Virus record (IMG/VR): IMGVR_UViG_3300042301_003932
Reading direction: 5' to 3' (one strand)
DNA length: 64,000 nt
Source: a virus
Of this stretch, positions 29,859-40,263 are shown piece after piece. The position numbers and the translations under genes are program-made. Every line of letters begins with the position of its first letter. Within the stretch, counting starts at the first letter, position 1. The notes beneath the pieces are model-generated. The model searched no databases and was not told the origin of the DNA. It was given only the letters and a program-made list of their open reading frames with translations.

Positions 29859-30253
29859 AACTATTAGATAGTTTAAAATATGTAATATCTGAAGCTGCGT
29901 CTTTAGGAGATGTTCAAGACTCAATAAAAAGGAAGTCTGTAACTATTATTTATTATGATGGTGATGACAACGGTGGTAAAGGACTTAGAACTATTGAACC
30001 AGTATGTTTAGGTTACAGTAAAAAAGGAAATTTAGTTTTAAGAGCTTGGGAACAAGAGGGATCCTCATGGAGTGCAAAAAATAAAGGAAACTTTTTACCT
30101 GGTTGGAGATTATTTAGATTAGATAAAATCTTTACATATAAACCAACAATGGATAAATTTATTGAAGTAAGACCAAACTATAACCCAATGGGAGATCGTT
30201 CTATGGAAAGGGTTATAATAAACGCAAAGTTTGATAACGAAGAAAATATATAA
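29855..30253 (+). CDS. Stand-alone WYL-domain protein
   Basis: IIYYDG...RTIEPVCLG...LRAW...WRLFRLDKI. No HTH domain. Confidence 0.8.
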   Translation: MKLLDSLKYVISEAASLGDVQDSIKRKSVTIIYYDGDDNGGKGLRTIEPVCLGYSKKGNLVLRAWEQEGSSWSAKNKGNFLPGWRLFRLDKIFTYKPTMDKFIEVRPNYNPMGDRSMERVIINAKFDNEENI

Positions 30254-30259
30254 TTAATT

Positions 30260-30895
30260 ATGGGAAGCGAAATGGATTTAATGCAAAGACTTGCAGTGTC
30301 AAAAAAAATAATGGAAAAGGCTGAACAAATTAAAACAGGTTCAGTTGATAGTAGAAAATTTAATATTCCGGAAGTTCAAGAATACGAACCGGTAAATGCT
30401 AAATATAATTTACCTCAAGAATATTTAGCGGAATCAACACCACAAAAATCATATCACGATCCATCAAAACCGTTAGATAATGATAGGGTAATGAATTCAA
30501 AACTACCCGACGAAATAAAAAGATTGATGATAGAAAACCCAATTGTTCAACCAACAAGTGTAAATGGTTCTGCTTCAATATCTGAAGAAGTGATACAAGG
30601 AGCTCAAAGATTAATGAACATGGATAGACCTTTACAGTCTAATGAACAAACAACAACAAAACAAGTAAGACAAAAAATTTCAGAATCAAAAACATCTGAT
30701 TTTAATATTTCAGAAATGAAAAATATGATTAGAGATGTTGTTAGAGATACTGTAAAAGATGTAGTAAGAGAGGAATTAAAACAAGCGGGTATGATTGTTG
30801 AATCAACATCAAATTCTAATGAAACAATACAATTTAAAGTAGGTCAACATTTATTTATTGGTAAGGTAACAAAGATAAAAAAATTAGAAAAATAA
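30260..30895 (+). CDS. Conserved phage protein
   Basis: SKLPDEIK motif and IRDVVRDTVKDVVREEL coiled segment. Confidence 0.6.
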   Translation: MGSEMDLMQRLAVSKKIMEKAEQIKTGSVDSRKFNIPEVQEYEPVNAKYNLPQEYLAESTPQKSYHDPSKPLDNDRVMNSKLPDEIKRLMIENPIVQPTSVNGSASISEEVIQGAQRLMNMDRPLQSNEQTTTKQVRQKISESKTSDFNISEMKNMIRDVVRDTVKDVVREELKQAGMIVESTSNSNETIQFKVGQHLFIGKVTKIKKLEK

Positions 30896-30912
30896 AATTA
30901 GTATCGTCGATT

Positions 30913-30940
30913 AAATCCACCTCTAAAGGGTGGATTTTTT
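30913..30940 (+). terminator. Rho-independent terminator
   Basis: aaatccacc-tctaaag-ggtggattt followed by a T run. Confidence 0.85.
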
Positions 30941-30979
30941 ATTTTATAATCTTTATATTTTACTTAAATAAATTTTTAT

Positions 30980-32191
30980 ATGAGTAAAATTAAAGTATTA
31001 GTACTCCCTTCAGATAGAACAGGTGTTGGGAAGTTTAGAAGTGTGGATCCACACGTTATGTTACAAAATAATCATTCAGAAGATTTTCACGTAGACATAG
31101 ATTACGAACCAAAAATAAATGATATTAATTATTGGAAACAATATAACATTGTTCATTTTCATAGAAGTATTGGTCAAGATTATAACCAAGCACCAATGTT
31201 AATACAGCGTTTAAATGATTTAGGTATTATTACAATTATGGATTTAGACGATTATTGGTTACCAACAAAAGAACATCCAGTTCATCAATTAGTTGTACAA
31301 AATAAGTTACATGAAAAAATAATGGCTAATTTGAAAGTCGCTAAGTATGTAACAACAACCACAACAATATTTGCAGATGAAATAAAAAAATTAAATAAGA
31401 ATGTTTTTGTTTTACCAAACGCAATTAACCCAAATGAACCTCAGTTCCAACAAGAAACTTTAAAATCAGATAAGTTACGTTTTGGTTGGTTAGGTGGGTC
31501 ATCACATTTACATGATTTAAAACTTTTAGATGGTACCATCAATAAATTAAAATCACACAAAGATCAATTTAGTATGTATCTATGTGGTTTTGATATTAGA
31601 GGGTCTGTGACTGAAATTAATAGAGAAACGGGAGAACAAAAACAAAGACCTATTAGACCTGAAGAGACTGTTTGGGCAAGATATGAAGAAATCTTTACAG
31701 ATAACTATAGAATGGTCGATCCTCAACACAAAGATTTTTTAATGAAGTTTAAAGAAGAAGATTATAATTCTGATGTTTTACCTTTTTATAATCGTGTATG
31801 GACAAAACCCGTTACAAGTTACGCATCCAATTATAGATGGTTTGATGTATCGTTAGCACCAATTAAAAACCATATATTTAATAGAGTAAAATCACAACTT
31901 AAAGTTATTGAAGCAGGTTTTTATAAGAAAGCGATTATTGCATCAAACGTTGGTCCATATACTATTGATTTAAAACATTCATTAAAAAATGGTGAATTTG
32001 TTGATGGAAACGCACTTTTAGTGGACGAAGTAAGAAACGGTGATTGGTCTAAATACATGAAAAAATTAATTGATAATCCTAATTGGGCTTATGATTTAGG
32101 TCAAAGATTATATGAAACTGTTAAAGACACATATGATTTAAATAAAGTAACAAAAGATAGAGCAGAATTATATAAAACATTAGTAAAATGA
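30980..32191 (+). CDS. GT-B fold glycosyltransferase (GT4-like)
   Basis: DLDDYW, VLPNAI, FGWLGGSSH, FNRVKSQLKVIEAG, IIASNVGPY. Confidence 0.85.
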   Translation: MSKIKVLVLPSDRTGVGKFRSVDPHVMLQNNHSEDFHVDIDYEPKINDINYWKQYNIVHFHRSIGQDYNQAPMLIQRLNDLGIITIMDLDDYWLPTKEHPVHQLVVQNKLHEKIMANLKVAKYVTTTTTIFADEIKKLNKNVFVLPNAINPNEPQFQQETLKSDKLRFGWLGGSSHLHDLKLLDGTINKLKSHKDQFSMYLCGFDIRGSVTEINRETGEQKQRPIRPEETVWARYEEIFTDNYRMVDPQHKDFLMKFKEEDYNSDVLPFYNRVWTKPVTSYASNYRWFDVSLAPIKNHIFNRVKSQLKVIEAGFYKKAIIASNVGPYTIDLKHSLKNGEFVDGNALLVDEVRNGDWSKYMKKLIDNPNWAYDLGQRLYETVKDTYDLNKVTKDRAELYKTLVK

Positions 32192-32916
32192 TAAACATAC
32201 CCATAACAAAAATATTATTTTTAGATATTGAGACTGTAGGACTTTGTAAAGATTGGTCATCATGTCAAGAAAGTAATCCCAAAATTGCCGAACAATTTGT
32301 AAAATATTTTGATTGGTTTTTAAAAAGATTTCCTGAAGACAATTATGAAACTGATGGTCTTGAGGAAGAACTTCAAAAAATGAATGACGTTTATTTTAAA
32401 CGATCAGCACTTGTTCCTGAATTTGCAAAGATAGTTTGTGTTTCTATGGCGTTTGTTATGGATAATGGCGATATTAAAAAACAAACATTTTCAGGTGACG
32501 ATGAAAAAGAGTTACTACTTCAAGTTAGAAATCTTCTTGATAGGTGTCATAATTTAGATTTTTATCTTTGTGGTCACAATCTTAAAAATTTTGACATACC
32601 CATGATGGCAAAACGTATGATCATTAATGGTATTAAACCATCTAAAATACTTCCTTCATATGATACTAAGCCGTGGGAAGTTAAAGCGATTGACACAAAA
32701 GAAATTTGGCAATATGGTGCATATTCTGCGATTGGGTCATTGGATTTAGTATGTGCCACTTTAGATATACCAACACCTAAAGATGGAGAAGTAAATGGTG
32801 GGATGGTTCATGAAGCTTATTGGAGCCATAATAGGTTACAAGAAATTGCGGAGTACTGCGAAAAAGATGTTAATGTATTAATTGATTTTATTAAAAAATT
32901 AAAAGAATTAAAATGA
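32188..32916 (+). CDS. Stand-alone DEDD 3'-5' exonuclease (PolB-exonuclease-related)
   Basis: FLDIET, GHNLKNFDIP, YCEKDV. Confidence 0.9.
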   Translation: MINIPITKILFLDIETVGLCKDWSSCQESNPKIAEQFVKYFDWFLKRFPEDNYETDGLEEELQKMNDVYFKRSALVPEFAKIVCVSMAFVMDNGDIKKQTFSGDDEKELLLQVRNLLDRCHNLDFYLCGHNLKNFDIPMMAKRMIINGIKPSKILPSYDTKPWEVKAIDTKEIWQYGAYSAIGSLDLVCATLDIPTPKDGEVNGGMVHEAYWSHNRLQEIAEYCEKDVNVLIDFIKKLKELK

Positions 32917-33512
32917 GTGAAAAGTTAAACAAAGTAATGGACAATATAAAAAAATTAAAGTCCGTACAAAATAAAGTTTCTGATTTTGGAATGCCAAACT
33001 CACAATTTGATATTAATGATATCGTTTCTAATATTGATGATTTAGATTCTATTTTGATGGATAAGTCTGCGGGTAAAATAAATTTAGAATATACAAATGA
33101 TTCAGATAATAAAGAACCCGAATACGCCTACGAATCAGACTCAGGGTTTGATTTAAGATCAACAGAAGAGTTGTGGGTACAGGGTCACGATAGAAAATTA
33201 ATACCAACAGGATTAAGATTTGACATTCCTGATGGTTATGAAATACAAGTAAGAAGTAAAAGTGGATTAGCGTTAAATCAAGGATTAATGGTTTTAAATT
33301 CACCAGGGACTGTTGATAGTGGGTATCAGGGTGAAATTAAAGTTATTATTTTTAATACCACAAAAGAAAGAATAAAAATTGAAAAGGGTCAAAAGGTGGC
33401 ACAAGCAGTACTTTGTCCTGTGGTTAATGGTAAATGGGTTAATTTAGTTAAAGTGGAAGAGATTGGTGAAAAAGATAGGAATAATCAAGGTTTTGGCTCA
33501 ACAGGTTTATGA
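32913..33512 (+). CDS. dut: Trimeric dUTPase with N-terminal extension
   Basis: SGFDL, RSKSGLA, GTVDSGYQGEI, AQ, RNNQGFGSTG. Confidence 0.95.
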   Translation: MSEKLNKVMDNIKKLKSVQNKVSDFGMPNSQFDINDIVSNIDDLDSILMDKSAGKINLEYTNDSDNKEPEYAYESDSGFDLRSTEELWVQGHDRKLIPTGLRFDIPDGYEIQVRSKSGLALNQGLMVLNSPGTVDSGYQGEIKVIIFNTTKERIKIEKGQKVAQAVLCPVVNGKWVNLVKVEEIGEKDRNNQGFGSTGL

Positions 33513-35146
33513 TTACAGTAGGGTTCTCAACTAGAAAAATTGATGATGGATTTGTAGAGATGTTACAAAAAACGTCAGGAGTGCCAAATATTCAAATTAT
33601 TCCTATTGAAAATAATGGTGAGTATTCTTTAACTGAAGTATACAATAAAATTTTATTGCAATCACATAATGACATTTTAGTATTATGTCACGATGATATA
33701 TATTTTGATTCAAAAAATTGGGGTCAAAAAATATTAAATCATTTCAAAAGAAAACCAGAATACGGAATTTTAGGTTTGGCAGGAACTACAATTATGCCAA
33801 AATCAGGAAGATGGTGGGAAGACTTTTCAAAAATGAAAGGTATTGTCAATCACGAACATGGAGGAAAAAAATGGGAATCAAGATATTCTGCAAGTTCAGG
33901 AAACCAAATAGACGATGTAGTTTTAGTTGATGGTCTTTTTATTGTGGTAAACAGAAAAAAAATAAAAGAAAAATTTAATGAAGAGATAAATGGATTTCAT
34001 TTTTATGATGTTGATTTTTCTTTTACAAATTTTATAAAAGACGTAAAAATTGGTGTTGTTTACGACATAAGAGTAACTCATAAATCTATTGGTCAAACAA
34101 ACGAACAATGGGAAAAAAATAGAGAAATATTTGCAGAAAAATATAAAGATGTTTTACCGGTAAAAGTTAAAAGGAATTTAACTATTAACTCACCATTAAA
34201 AGTATTGTTATCTTGTTTATTTTTTAAAAACTTTACGGGATCCGAAATGTATGTTTATGAATTAGCGAGAGGTTTAAAAAAATTAAATTGTGATGTTACC
34301 GTCTTATCTGATATTAATGGACCACTTTCAAAATTAGCTCAACAACAAGGTATTAAAGTAGTATCATTTAACGAAGCACCTGGTTATAAATTAGGGGACG
34401 GAAAATGGAGTTTACAAACACCACAAGGACCACAAGTATCTCAAACTAATATAATGTATAAAATTGGTGAGGTTCATTATGATATTATTCATACACAACA
34501 TTTACCAGTCACAAATCAAATGTGTCAGATGTACCCAAACACTGATAAAATTTGTACAATACATTCTGAAGTTATTGAACTTGAAAATCCTGTAATTAAT
34601 GAAAAAATAAAAAAATACATTTGTATCAGACCTGAAATTCAAGAACATATAACAACAAAATTTGGGGTTGATAAAAATAATACTGAAGTAATTTACAACC
34701 CAATAGATACAAATAGATTTAACAAAAAAAATACAAAAGATGATGGGTATGTTTTATTTGTGGGTACTTTAGATTACTTACGAGAAAACACAATAAAGGA
34801 TTTGGTTGAGTATTCAAAATCAATTAATAAAATGTTATGGATAGTAGGAGAAAATAAATCAAATTATTTAGAAGATATATTAAAAAATAGACATGTAAAA
34901 CATTTTGAAGCGACTAGTAAAGTAGAGACTTTTGTCAAAAATTGTTCTGAGACTGCGGGGATACTTTTAGGTAGAACAACAATTGAAGGTTGGCTATGTG
35001 GGAAATCAGGATGGATTTACAATGTAGATGAAAATGGTTATATTTTAAACAAAGAAAAACATAATGTACCTGAAGATTTTAATAGATTTGATAGTTTAGA
35101 AGTTGCAAAAAAAATAAAAGAAGAATATATAAAAATTTTAAATTAA
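33509..35146 (+). CDS. Two-domain glycosyltransferase (GT-A plus GT-B)
   Basis: N-terminal LCHDD, VDGLF and FHFYD; C-terminal GSEMYVYELA, IYNPID and GRTTIEG. Confidence 0.85.
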   Translation: MITVGFSTRKIDDGFVEMLQKTSGVPNIQIIPIENNGEYSLTEVYNKILLQSHNDILVLCHDDIYFDSKNWGQKILNHFKRKPEYGILGLAGTTIMPKSGRWWEDFSKMKGIVNHEHGGKKWESRYSASSGNQIDDVVLVDGLFIVVNRKKIKEKFNEEINGFHFYDVDFSFTNFIKDVKIGVVYDIRVTHKSIGQTNEQWEKNREIFAEKYKDVLPVKVKRNLTINSPLKVLLSCLFFKNFTGSEMYVYELARGLKKLNCDVTVLSDINGPLSKLAQQQGIKVVSFNEAPGYKLGDGKWSLQTPQGPQVSQTNIMYKIGEVHYDIIHTQHLPVTNQMCQMYPNTDKICTIHSEVIELENPVINEKIKKYICIRPEIQEHITTKFGVDKNNTEVIYNPIDTNRFNKKNTKDDGYVLFVGTLDYLRENTIKDLVEYSKSINKMLWIVGENKSNYLEDILKNRHVKHFEATSKVETFVKNCSETAGILLGRTTIEGWLCGKSGWIYNVDENGYILNKEKHNVPEDFNRFDSLEVAKKIKEEYIKILN

Positions 35147-35814
35147 TGAGGATATTAGTTAAGTTCCCAACAAGAGGAAGAAAAACAAAATTCTTATCTG
35201 TTTTAAAAAAATATTATGATTTGTGTGATGACAAAGAAAATATTCATTTTTTAATCTCATTGGATGAAGATGATACCGAAATGAATAATCAACACACTAA
35301 AGATGTTTTGAGTACATTTAAAAATTTAACTTGCGTTTTTGGTAAAAGTGTGTCTAAGATACATGCGGTTAATAGAGATATTAATGATTTAGAAGAAAAA
35401 TGGGATATTGTTATATTGGCTTCTGATGATATGGTCCCGCAAGTTTTAGGGTATGATCAAATAATAAGAAATAAAATGAACGAATTATATCCTGACACTG
35501 ATGGAGTATTGTGGTTTAATGACGGTTATCAAGGTAGTAGACTTAATACTTTATGTATTTTAGGGAAAAAATATTACGAAAGATTTAATTATATTTATCA
35601 TCCTGACTATAAGTCTTGTTTTTCGGATAATGAATTTATGGAGGTTGGTAATATATTAAAAAGGCAAACCTATATTGATCAAGTAATAATAAGACATGAA
35701 CATCCTGATTGGGGTTTTGGTTCTACTGATTTTGTACACAATAATAATATAAAAGATTGGCATCACGACAACTCAACATTTCAACTGAGAAAAACAAATA
35801 ATTTTTATATATGA
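35146..35814 (+). CDS. GT-A (GT2-like) glycosyltransferase
   Basis: PTRGR, ASDDM, SDNEF, IRHEH. Confidence 0.75.
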   Translation: MRILVKFPTRGRKTKFLSVLKKYYDLCDDKENIHFLISLDEDDTEMNNQHTKDVLSTFKNLTCVFGKSVSKIHAVNRDINDLEEKWDIVILASDDMVPQVLGYDQIIRNKMNELYPDTDGVLWFNDGYQGSRLNTLCILGKKYYERFNYIYHPDYKSCFSDNEFMEVGNILKRQTYIDQVIIRHEHPDWGFGSTDFVHNNNIKDWHHDNSTFQLRKTNNFYI

Positions 35815-36458
35815 AAAAAATAATATCGTTTTCACTATGGGGAGAAAATCCAGTTTATAATGTTGGGGCAATACGAAACGCCGAATTAGCAAAAGAAATT
35901 TATCCTGAATGGATTTGTCGTTTTTATTATGGTAGAACCACTTTATCTGAAACGTTAGAAAAATTAAAAAGTTTTGATAATGTTGAATTGATTGATATGG
36001 AAGTTGATGGTGATTGGACTGGCATGTTTTGGAGATTTTATCCTGCATCTGATAGTGATGTTGATGTTGTTATTGTTAGAGATTGTGATTCTAGATTAAA
36101 TATGAGAGAAAAATATGCAGTAGATGAGTGGTTATCTTCAGATAAAGGATTTCATATTATGAGGGATCATCCGGCTCATGGGACTGAAATATTAGGGGGT
36201 ATGTGGGGATCCAAAAAAAATGTCGTGTCAAATATGAAAAATATGATCAACGACTACATTAAAGGAAATTTTTGGCAAGTAGACCAAAATTTTTTAAGAG
36301 AAAAAGTTTATCCACTAATAAGACTTGATTGTTTAGTTCACGATGAGTATTTTGAACATAAGACGTTTCCAAAAACGAGAGAAAATAAATATTTTGTGGG
36401 TCAAGCATTTAATGAAAAAGATGAAATGTTATATCCCGAACATGTAAACCACTTATAA
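35811..36458 (+). CDS. Putative GT-A glycosyltransferase
   Basis: ISFSLWG, MFWRF, VRDCDSR (DxD), MRDHP.H, GGMWG, DQ.FL. Confidence 0.7.
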   Translation: MKKIISFSLWGENPVYNVGAIRNAELAKEIYPEWICRFYYGRTTLSETLEKLKSFDNVELIDMEVDGDWTGMFWRFYPASDSDVDVVIVRDCDSRLNMREKYAVDEWLSSDKGFHIMRDHPAHGTEILGGMWGSKKNVVSNMKNMINDYIKGNFWQVDQNFLREKVYPLIRLDCLVHDEYFEHKTFPKTRENKYFVGQAFNEKDEMLYPEHVNHL

Positions 36459-37525
36459 TGAATAAAATTAAAATTTGTTTTTATGCACACACAGTTGATT
36501 ACGCTGGTACATGGAGATCACATGAAAGAATAATATTAAATTTAGACAAAAATATATTTGACCCATACATAATTTACAGAGAAGAAGCAGATAATAATAG
36601 ATTACCTTTTATAATTAATAATTTTGACAATAATAAATTAATTAGTTTTAGTGCCAAAAACCATAAAACAGGTCCCGAACAAGGATATAGTTTTATTGAA
36701 ACAAATTTTTATGACGTATTGAAAAAATACAATTTTGATATTTTTCATTTTGCTAGAGGAGGTTATTATGAATGGCCGTTTGTAAAAAGATTTTGTCCAA
36801 TACAAGTTGAAACAAATATATTTGGTTTTAGAGATAATAGTGAGTTTTTAGATCGCTCAATTTCAATAAGTGAAACAATAAATAAAATGAGGGGAGGAAC
36901 CGATATAATGATTTACAATCCAATACCTGAAGAAAACCCAAATGCGAATGATTTAAAAAAATTTTATAATATACCCGAAGATTATTTTGTTTTTGGTAGA
37001 ATAGGTAGAAAAGATAATTTTCACCCAATCGCTTTAAATGCTTTAAAGTTATTAAAAAATAAAGGTGTAAATTTTAAATACATCATAATTGGTGCATGTA
37101 ATTTTACAATATCTAAAATAAATGAATTGGACTTAAATAATGAGTGTATTATAGTTGAAACAACAAACGATGACAATTACATTGATGATTTTCATAAAAC
37201 AATAGACGTTTTTTTACATTACCGAAGTGATGGTGAAACTTTTGGTACCGCAATTGCTCAATCAATGATGTATGGTAATCCTGTTGTTTCGCATTATGCG
37301 GGTTACAATGCACAATCTGAAATAATTTCAGATGGTGGTTATGTTAGTAATAACGAAATTGATTATTGTGATGAGATTTTTAAATTGATAAACGACAAAA
37401 ATTATTATGATTTTAGGTCTAATAATGCAAAAATAAGATCTAAGGACTTTGAAGAAAAAGTAATTTCTAAAAAAATGGAAAAAATATACATAAATTTATA
37501 TAATAATTCAAAAAATGATAATTAA
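36458..37525 (+). CDS. GT4-family glycosyltransferase
   Basis: FGRIGR and GETFGTAIAQSM.YG.PVV. Confidence 0.85.
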   Translation: MNKIKICFYAHTVDYAGTWRSHERIILNLDKNIFDPYIIYREEADNNRLPFIINNFDNNKLISFSAKNHKTGPEQGYSFIETNFYDVLKKYNFDIFHFARGGYYEWPFVKRFCPIQVETNIFGFRDNSEFLDRSISISETINKMRGGTDIMIYNPIPEENPNANDLKKFYNIPEDYFVFGRIGRKDNFHPIALNALKLLKNKGVNFKYIIIGACNFTISKINELDLNNECIIVETTNDDNYIDDFHKTIDVFLHYRSDGETFGTAIAQSMMYGNPVVSHYAGYNAQSEIISDGGYVSNNEIDYCDEIFKLINDKNYYDFRSNNAKIRSKDFEEKVISKKMEKIYINLYNNSKNDN

Positions 37526-38318
37526 TGAAAAAATTAAATCAAACCTTGTTTTAACCGAGTTTGATGATTTTAAAATCCATACAATACAAAACGACTGTAT
37601 GGGTAGAGATATAATAAATAAAAAAATATGGGAACCACATATAGTTAATTTTTTAAAATTAAATTTAAAAAAAGATTCTGTTTTTTTAGATGTTGGTAGT
37701 AATTATGGTTGGCACTCTATAATCGCATCCAAACTATGCCAAAAAGTTTTTAGTTTTGAACCTCAAACACTAATGTATGAAATACAAAAATTAAATATAG
37801 AAGAAAACAAAATAGAAAATTGTATTCTTTTTAAGGATGCGTTAGGGAACATTGAAGAAACAAAGGAAATGTCACCCATAGATTATAATATGAATGGGGT
37901 AAATATTGGTGATTTAAGTATTGGTCATGGGGGAGAATCAATAAATGTTAAAACTTTAGACTCTATGAATTTAGAGAAAGTTGACTTGATTAAAATTGAT
38001 GTTCAGGGATATGAAAAATTTATTTTAGAGGGGGGTATAGAAACAATAAAAAAACACAAACCAATAATGATTGTTGAATTTGAAGAGTTTCAATTAAACA
38101 AATTTGGATATGGTTCTAAAAATTTGTTTGACACAATTAGAAAATTAGATTATGAAATTTATTTTCTTGAGTATGTTTATCCTTCTGATCACGTTTGTGT
38201 ACATAAAGATTATGTTAAAGTATTTGAATCTTTAAATAATATATTACCTTTAGATTATAGTAATGGTTTAAATATGAATTTAGAAAATGGAGTAATAAAA
38301 AAGATAAAAACTACTTAA
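37515..38318 (+). CDS. FkbM-family methyltransferase
   Basis: LDVGSNYG, SFEP, IKIDVQGYE. Confidence 0.9.
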   Translation: MIINEKIKSNLVLTEFDDFKIHTIQNDCMGRDIINKKIWEPHIVNFLKLNLKKDSVFLDVGSNYGWHSIIASKLCQKVFSFEPQTLMYEIQKLNIEENKIENCILFKDALGNIEETKEMSPIDYNMNGVNIGDLSIGHGGESINVKTLDSMNLEKVDLIKIDVQGYEKFILEGGIETIKKHKPIMIVEFEEFQLNKFGYGSKNLFDTIRKLDYEIYFLEYVYPSDHVCVHKDYVKVFESLNNILPLDYSNGLNMNLENGVIKKIKTT

Positions 38319-38329
38319 CATTCAAAAAA

Positions 38330-38947
38330 ATGGATGCGGAAAAAATCTCAATATTAATAGCATGCTTCAATGGTGAAAAATTTATTGACAGGTGTATAAC
38401 AAGTATTTTTGAACAAACTTATAAAAACTTTATAATTATTTTTCTTAATGATGGTTCAAATGACAATACTAAAAACGTTATTGAAAAATACATTGGTGAG
38501 AAATTAATTTATTTTGAAAACAAAAATAATATGGGTAGGGGGTTCTCTAGAAATAAATTATTAAATCTATCAAATACTAAATATTCTTGTTGGTGCGATA
38601 TTGATGATTATATGCATCCACAAAAAATTGAAAAACAAATAAACCACATGATTGAAAATAAAATTACTTTTTTATCAACAGAAATGTTTGATATAGATAA
38701 TGAAGGAAATGTTGTTGGTGTAGGGTGTAATAAAAAGGACGATATTGAAGGACTAACTTTTGAAAAATTAAACCATGTTAATAAGATTAATCACCCAACG
38801 GTTATTTTCAAAACTGAAATTGCAAAAAAAATAGGATTTAACGAAAATTTAAAATTTAATGAGGATTGGGATTTTTATAAAAAACTTTACAGCTCAGGAC
38901 ATAGGGTTAATTGTTTACCAGAACCATTATATTATTATAAACTTTAA
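38330..38947 (+). CDS. GT2-family glycosyltransferase
   Basis: ISILIACFN, NDGSND, CDIDD, EDWDF. Confidence 0.9.
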   Translation: MDAEKISILIACFNGEKFIDRCITSIFEQTYKNFIIIFLNDGSNDNTKNVIEKYIGEKLIYFENKNNMGRGFSRNKLLNLSNTKYSCWCDIDDYMHPQKIEKQINHMIENKITFLSTEMFDIDNEGNVVGVGCNKKDDIEGLTFEKLNHVNKINHPTVIFKTEIAKKIGFNENLKFNEDWDFYKKLYSSGHRVNCLPEPLYYYKL

Positions 38948-38959
38948 TTTTAAAAAAAA

Positions 38960-39538
38960 ATGACAATTAACATACATAAAACAGGTTTTTGGGATTACAA
39001 TGATAGTGATCATGATGAGTCAATACATTTAGATTTGGGATTATCTAATTTTTTGGTGGAATTTTCAAAACAACAAAAAATTAATTGTATTATTGATTTT
39101 GGGTGTTCAACAGGATATTATTTAAGTTTTTTTGAAAGTGTTTTAAAAAAAACAGAGTTAATTGGAGTTGAGGGAAAAATAATGAGCTCAAAAAATTTAA
39201 AATTTAATAACATAATAGAACATGATTTAAGTAAAGAATTTAATTTAAATAAAAAAGGAGCAATAATGTGTTTAGAGGTTATAGAACACATACCTAAAGA
39301 ATATGAAAAAACTGTTCTTAATAATATAAAAAAACATTCTGAAAAATATGTTTTTATGAGTTGGGCACAACCTAATCAAGGGGGGTTGGGTCACGTAAAC
39401 GAGGTTGATGTAAACGAAGTAATAAAAAAATTTGAGTTCATGGGATTTAAATTTTTGTTAGATGAAACACAAAAAGCCAGAGAGTCAGCATCTTTGCCTT
39501 GGATAAAAAAAAATTTCTGTATTTTTGAAAAAATTTAA
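38960..39538 (+). CDS. Class I SAM-dependent methyltransferase
   Basis: IDFGCSTG, CLEVIEHI, QGG.GHVNE. Confidence 0.85.
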   Translation: MTINIHKTGFWDYNDSDHDESIHLDLGLSNFLVEFSKQQKINCIIDFGCSTGYYLSFFESVLKKTELIGVEGKIMSSKNLKFNNIIEHDLSKEFNLNKKGAIMCLEVIEHIPKEYEKTVLNNIKKHSEKYVFMSWAQPNQGGLGHVNEVDVNEVIKKFEFMGFKFLLDETQKARESASLPWIKKNFCIFEKI

Positions 39539-39553
39539 TATATACTATTTATT

Positions 39554-40252
39554 ATGCATATCCAAACTTTAGATTCTTTTTTTGATAAAATTTATGTTAT
39601 AAATTTACCATCATCTGTAGAAAGAAGGAATTTAATTATCAAACAATTTGAAAATTTAAACTTAAAAAACTACGAAGTATTTAACGCAATTGATAAAAAT
39701 AGTTTAAACATTAATGATCTTAAAATAAAAAAATTATTAGCATATCAAGGTAATACTTTTTATTGTGATCAAAATTGCACGTGTGGTGGTGCTGGTCATA
39801 TTTTATCTTCTGGTGATATTGCGTTAAATTTTTCGCATCGTGAAATATACGAAGACATTATAAAAAATAATTATGAAAAATGTTTAATAATGGAGGATGA
39901 CTGTATCTTTACAGATAAGTTAAATGACTTTGACGAAATAACTAAAAACATTCCTAAAGATTGGGATTTTTTGTATTTAGGAAATTCAAACTACATTAAC
40001 AACAATAACTCCTCCGATATTGGGAATAAATTTTTTTTAAAGTGTTTGGGTGTGCCTTGTACTCACATGTACGCAATCAATATAAATTGTATTGAAACTA
40101 TAAAATCAAAAATGTTCCCTATTAGGGCTGCGATTGATGGCTTTTTACATAGATTTATATTTGAAAAAAAATTAGTAAATAATGTTTTTATTTGTAAACT
40201 AACATTAGGCATAAATGGGAGCGTTGAAAATATTTTCAATAAAGATTATTAA
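39554..40252 (+). CDS. GT25-family glycosyltransferase
   Basis: YVINL...ERR, SH, LIMEDD, WDFLYLG. Confidence 0.85.
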   Translation: MHIQTLDSFFDKIYVINLPSSVERRNLIIKQFENLNLKNYEVFNAIDKNSLNINDLKIKKLLAYQGNTFYCDQNCTCGGAGHILSSGDIALNFSHREIYEDIIKNNYEKCLIMEDDCIFTDKLNDFDEITKNIPKDWDFLYLGNSNYINNNNSSDIGNKFFLKCLGVPCTHMYAININCIETIKSKMFPIRAAIDGFLHRFIFEKKLVNNVFICKLTLGINGSVENIFNKDY

Positions 40253-40263
40253 AAAAATTAAAT

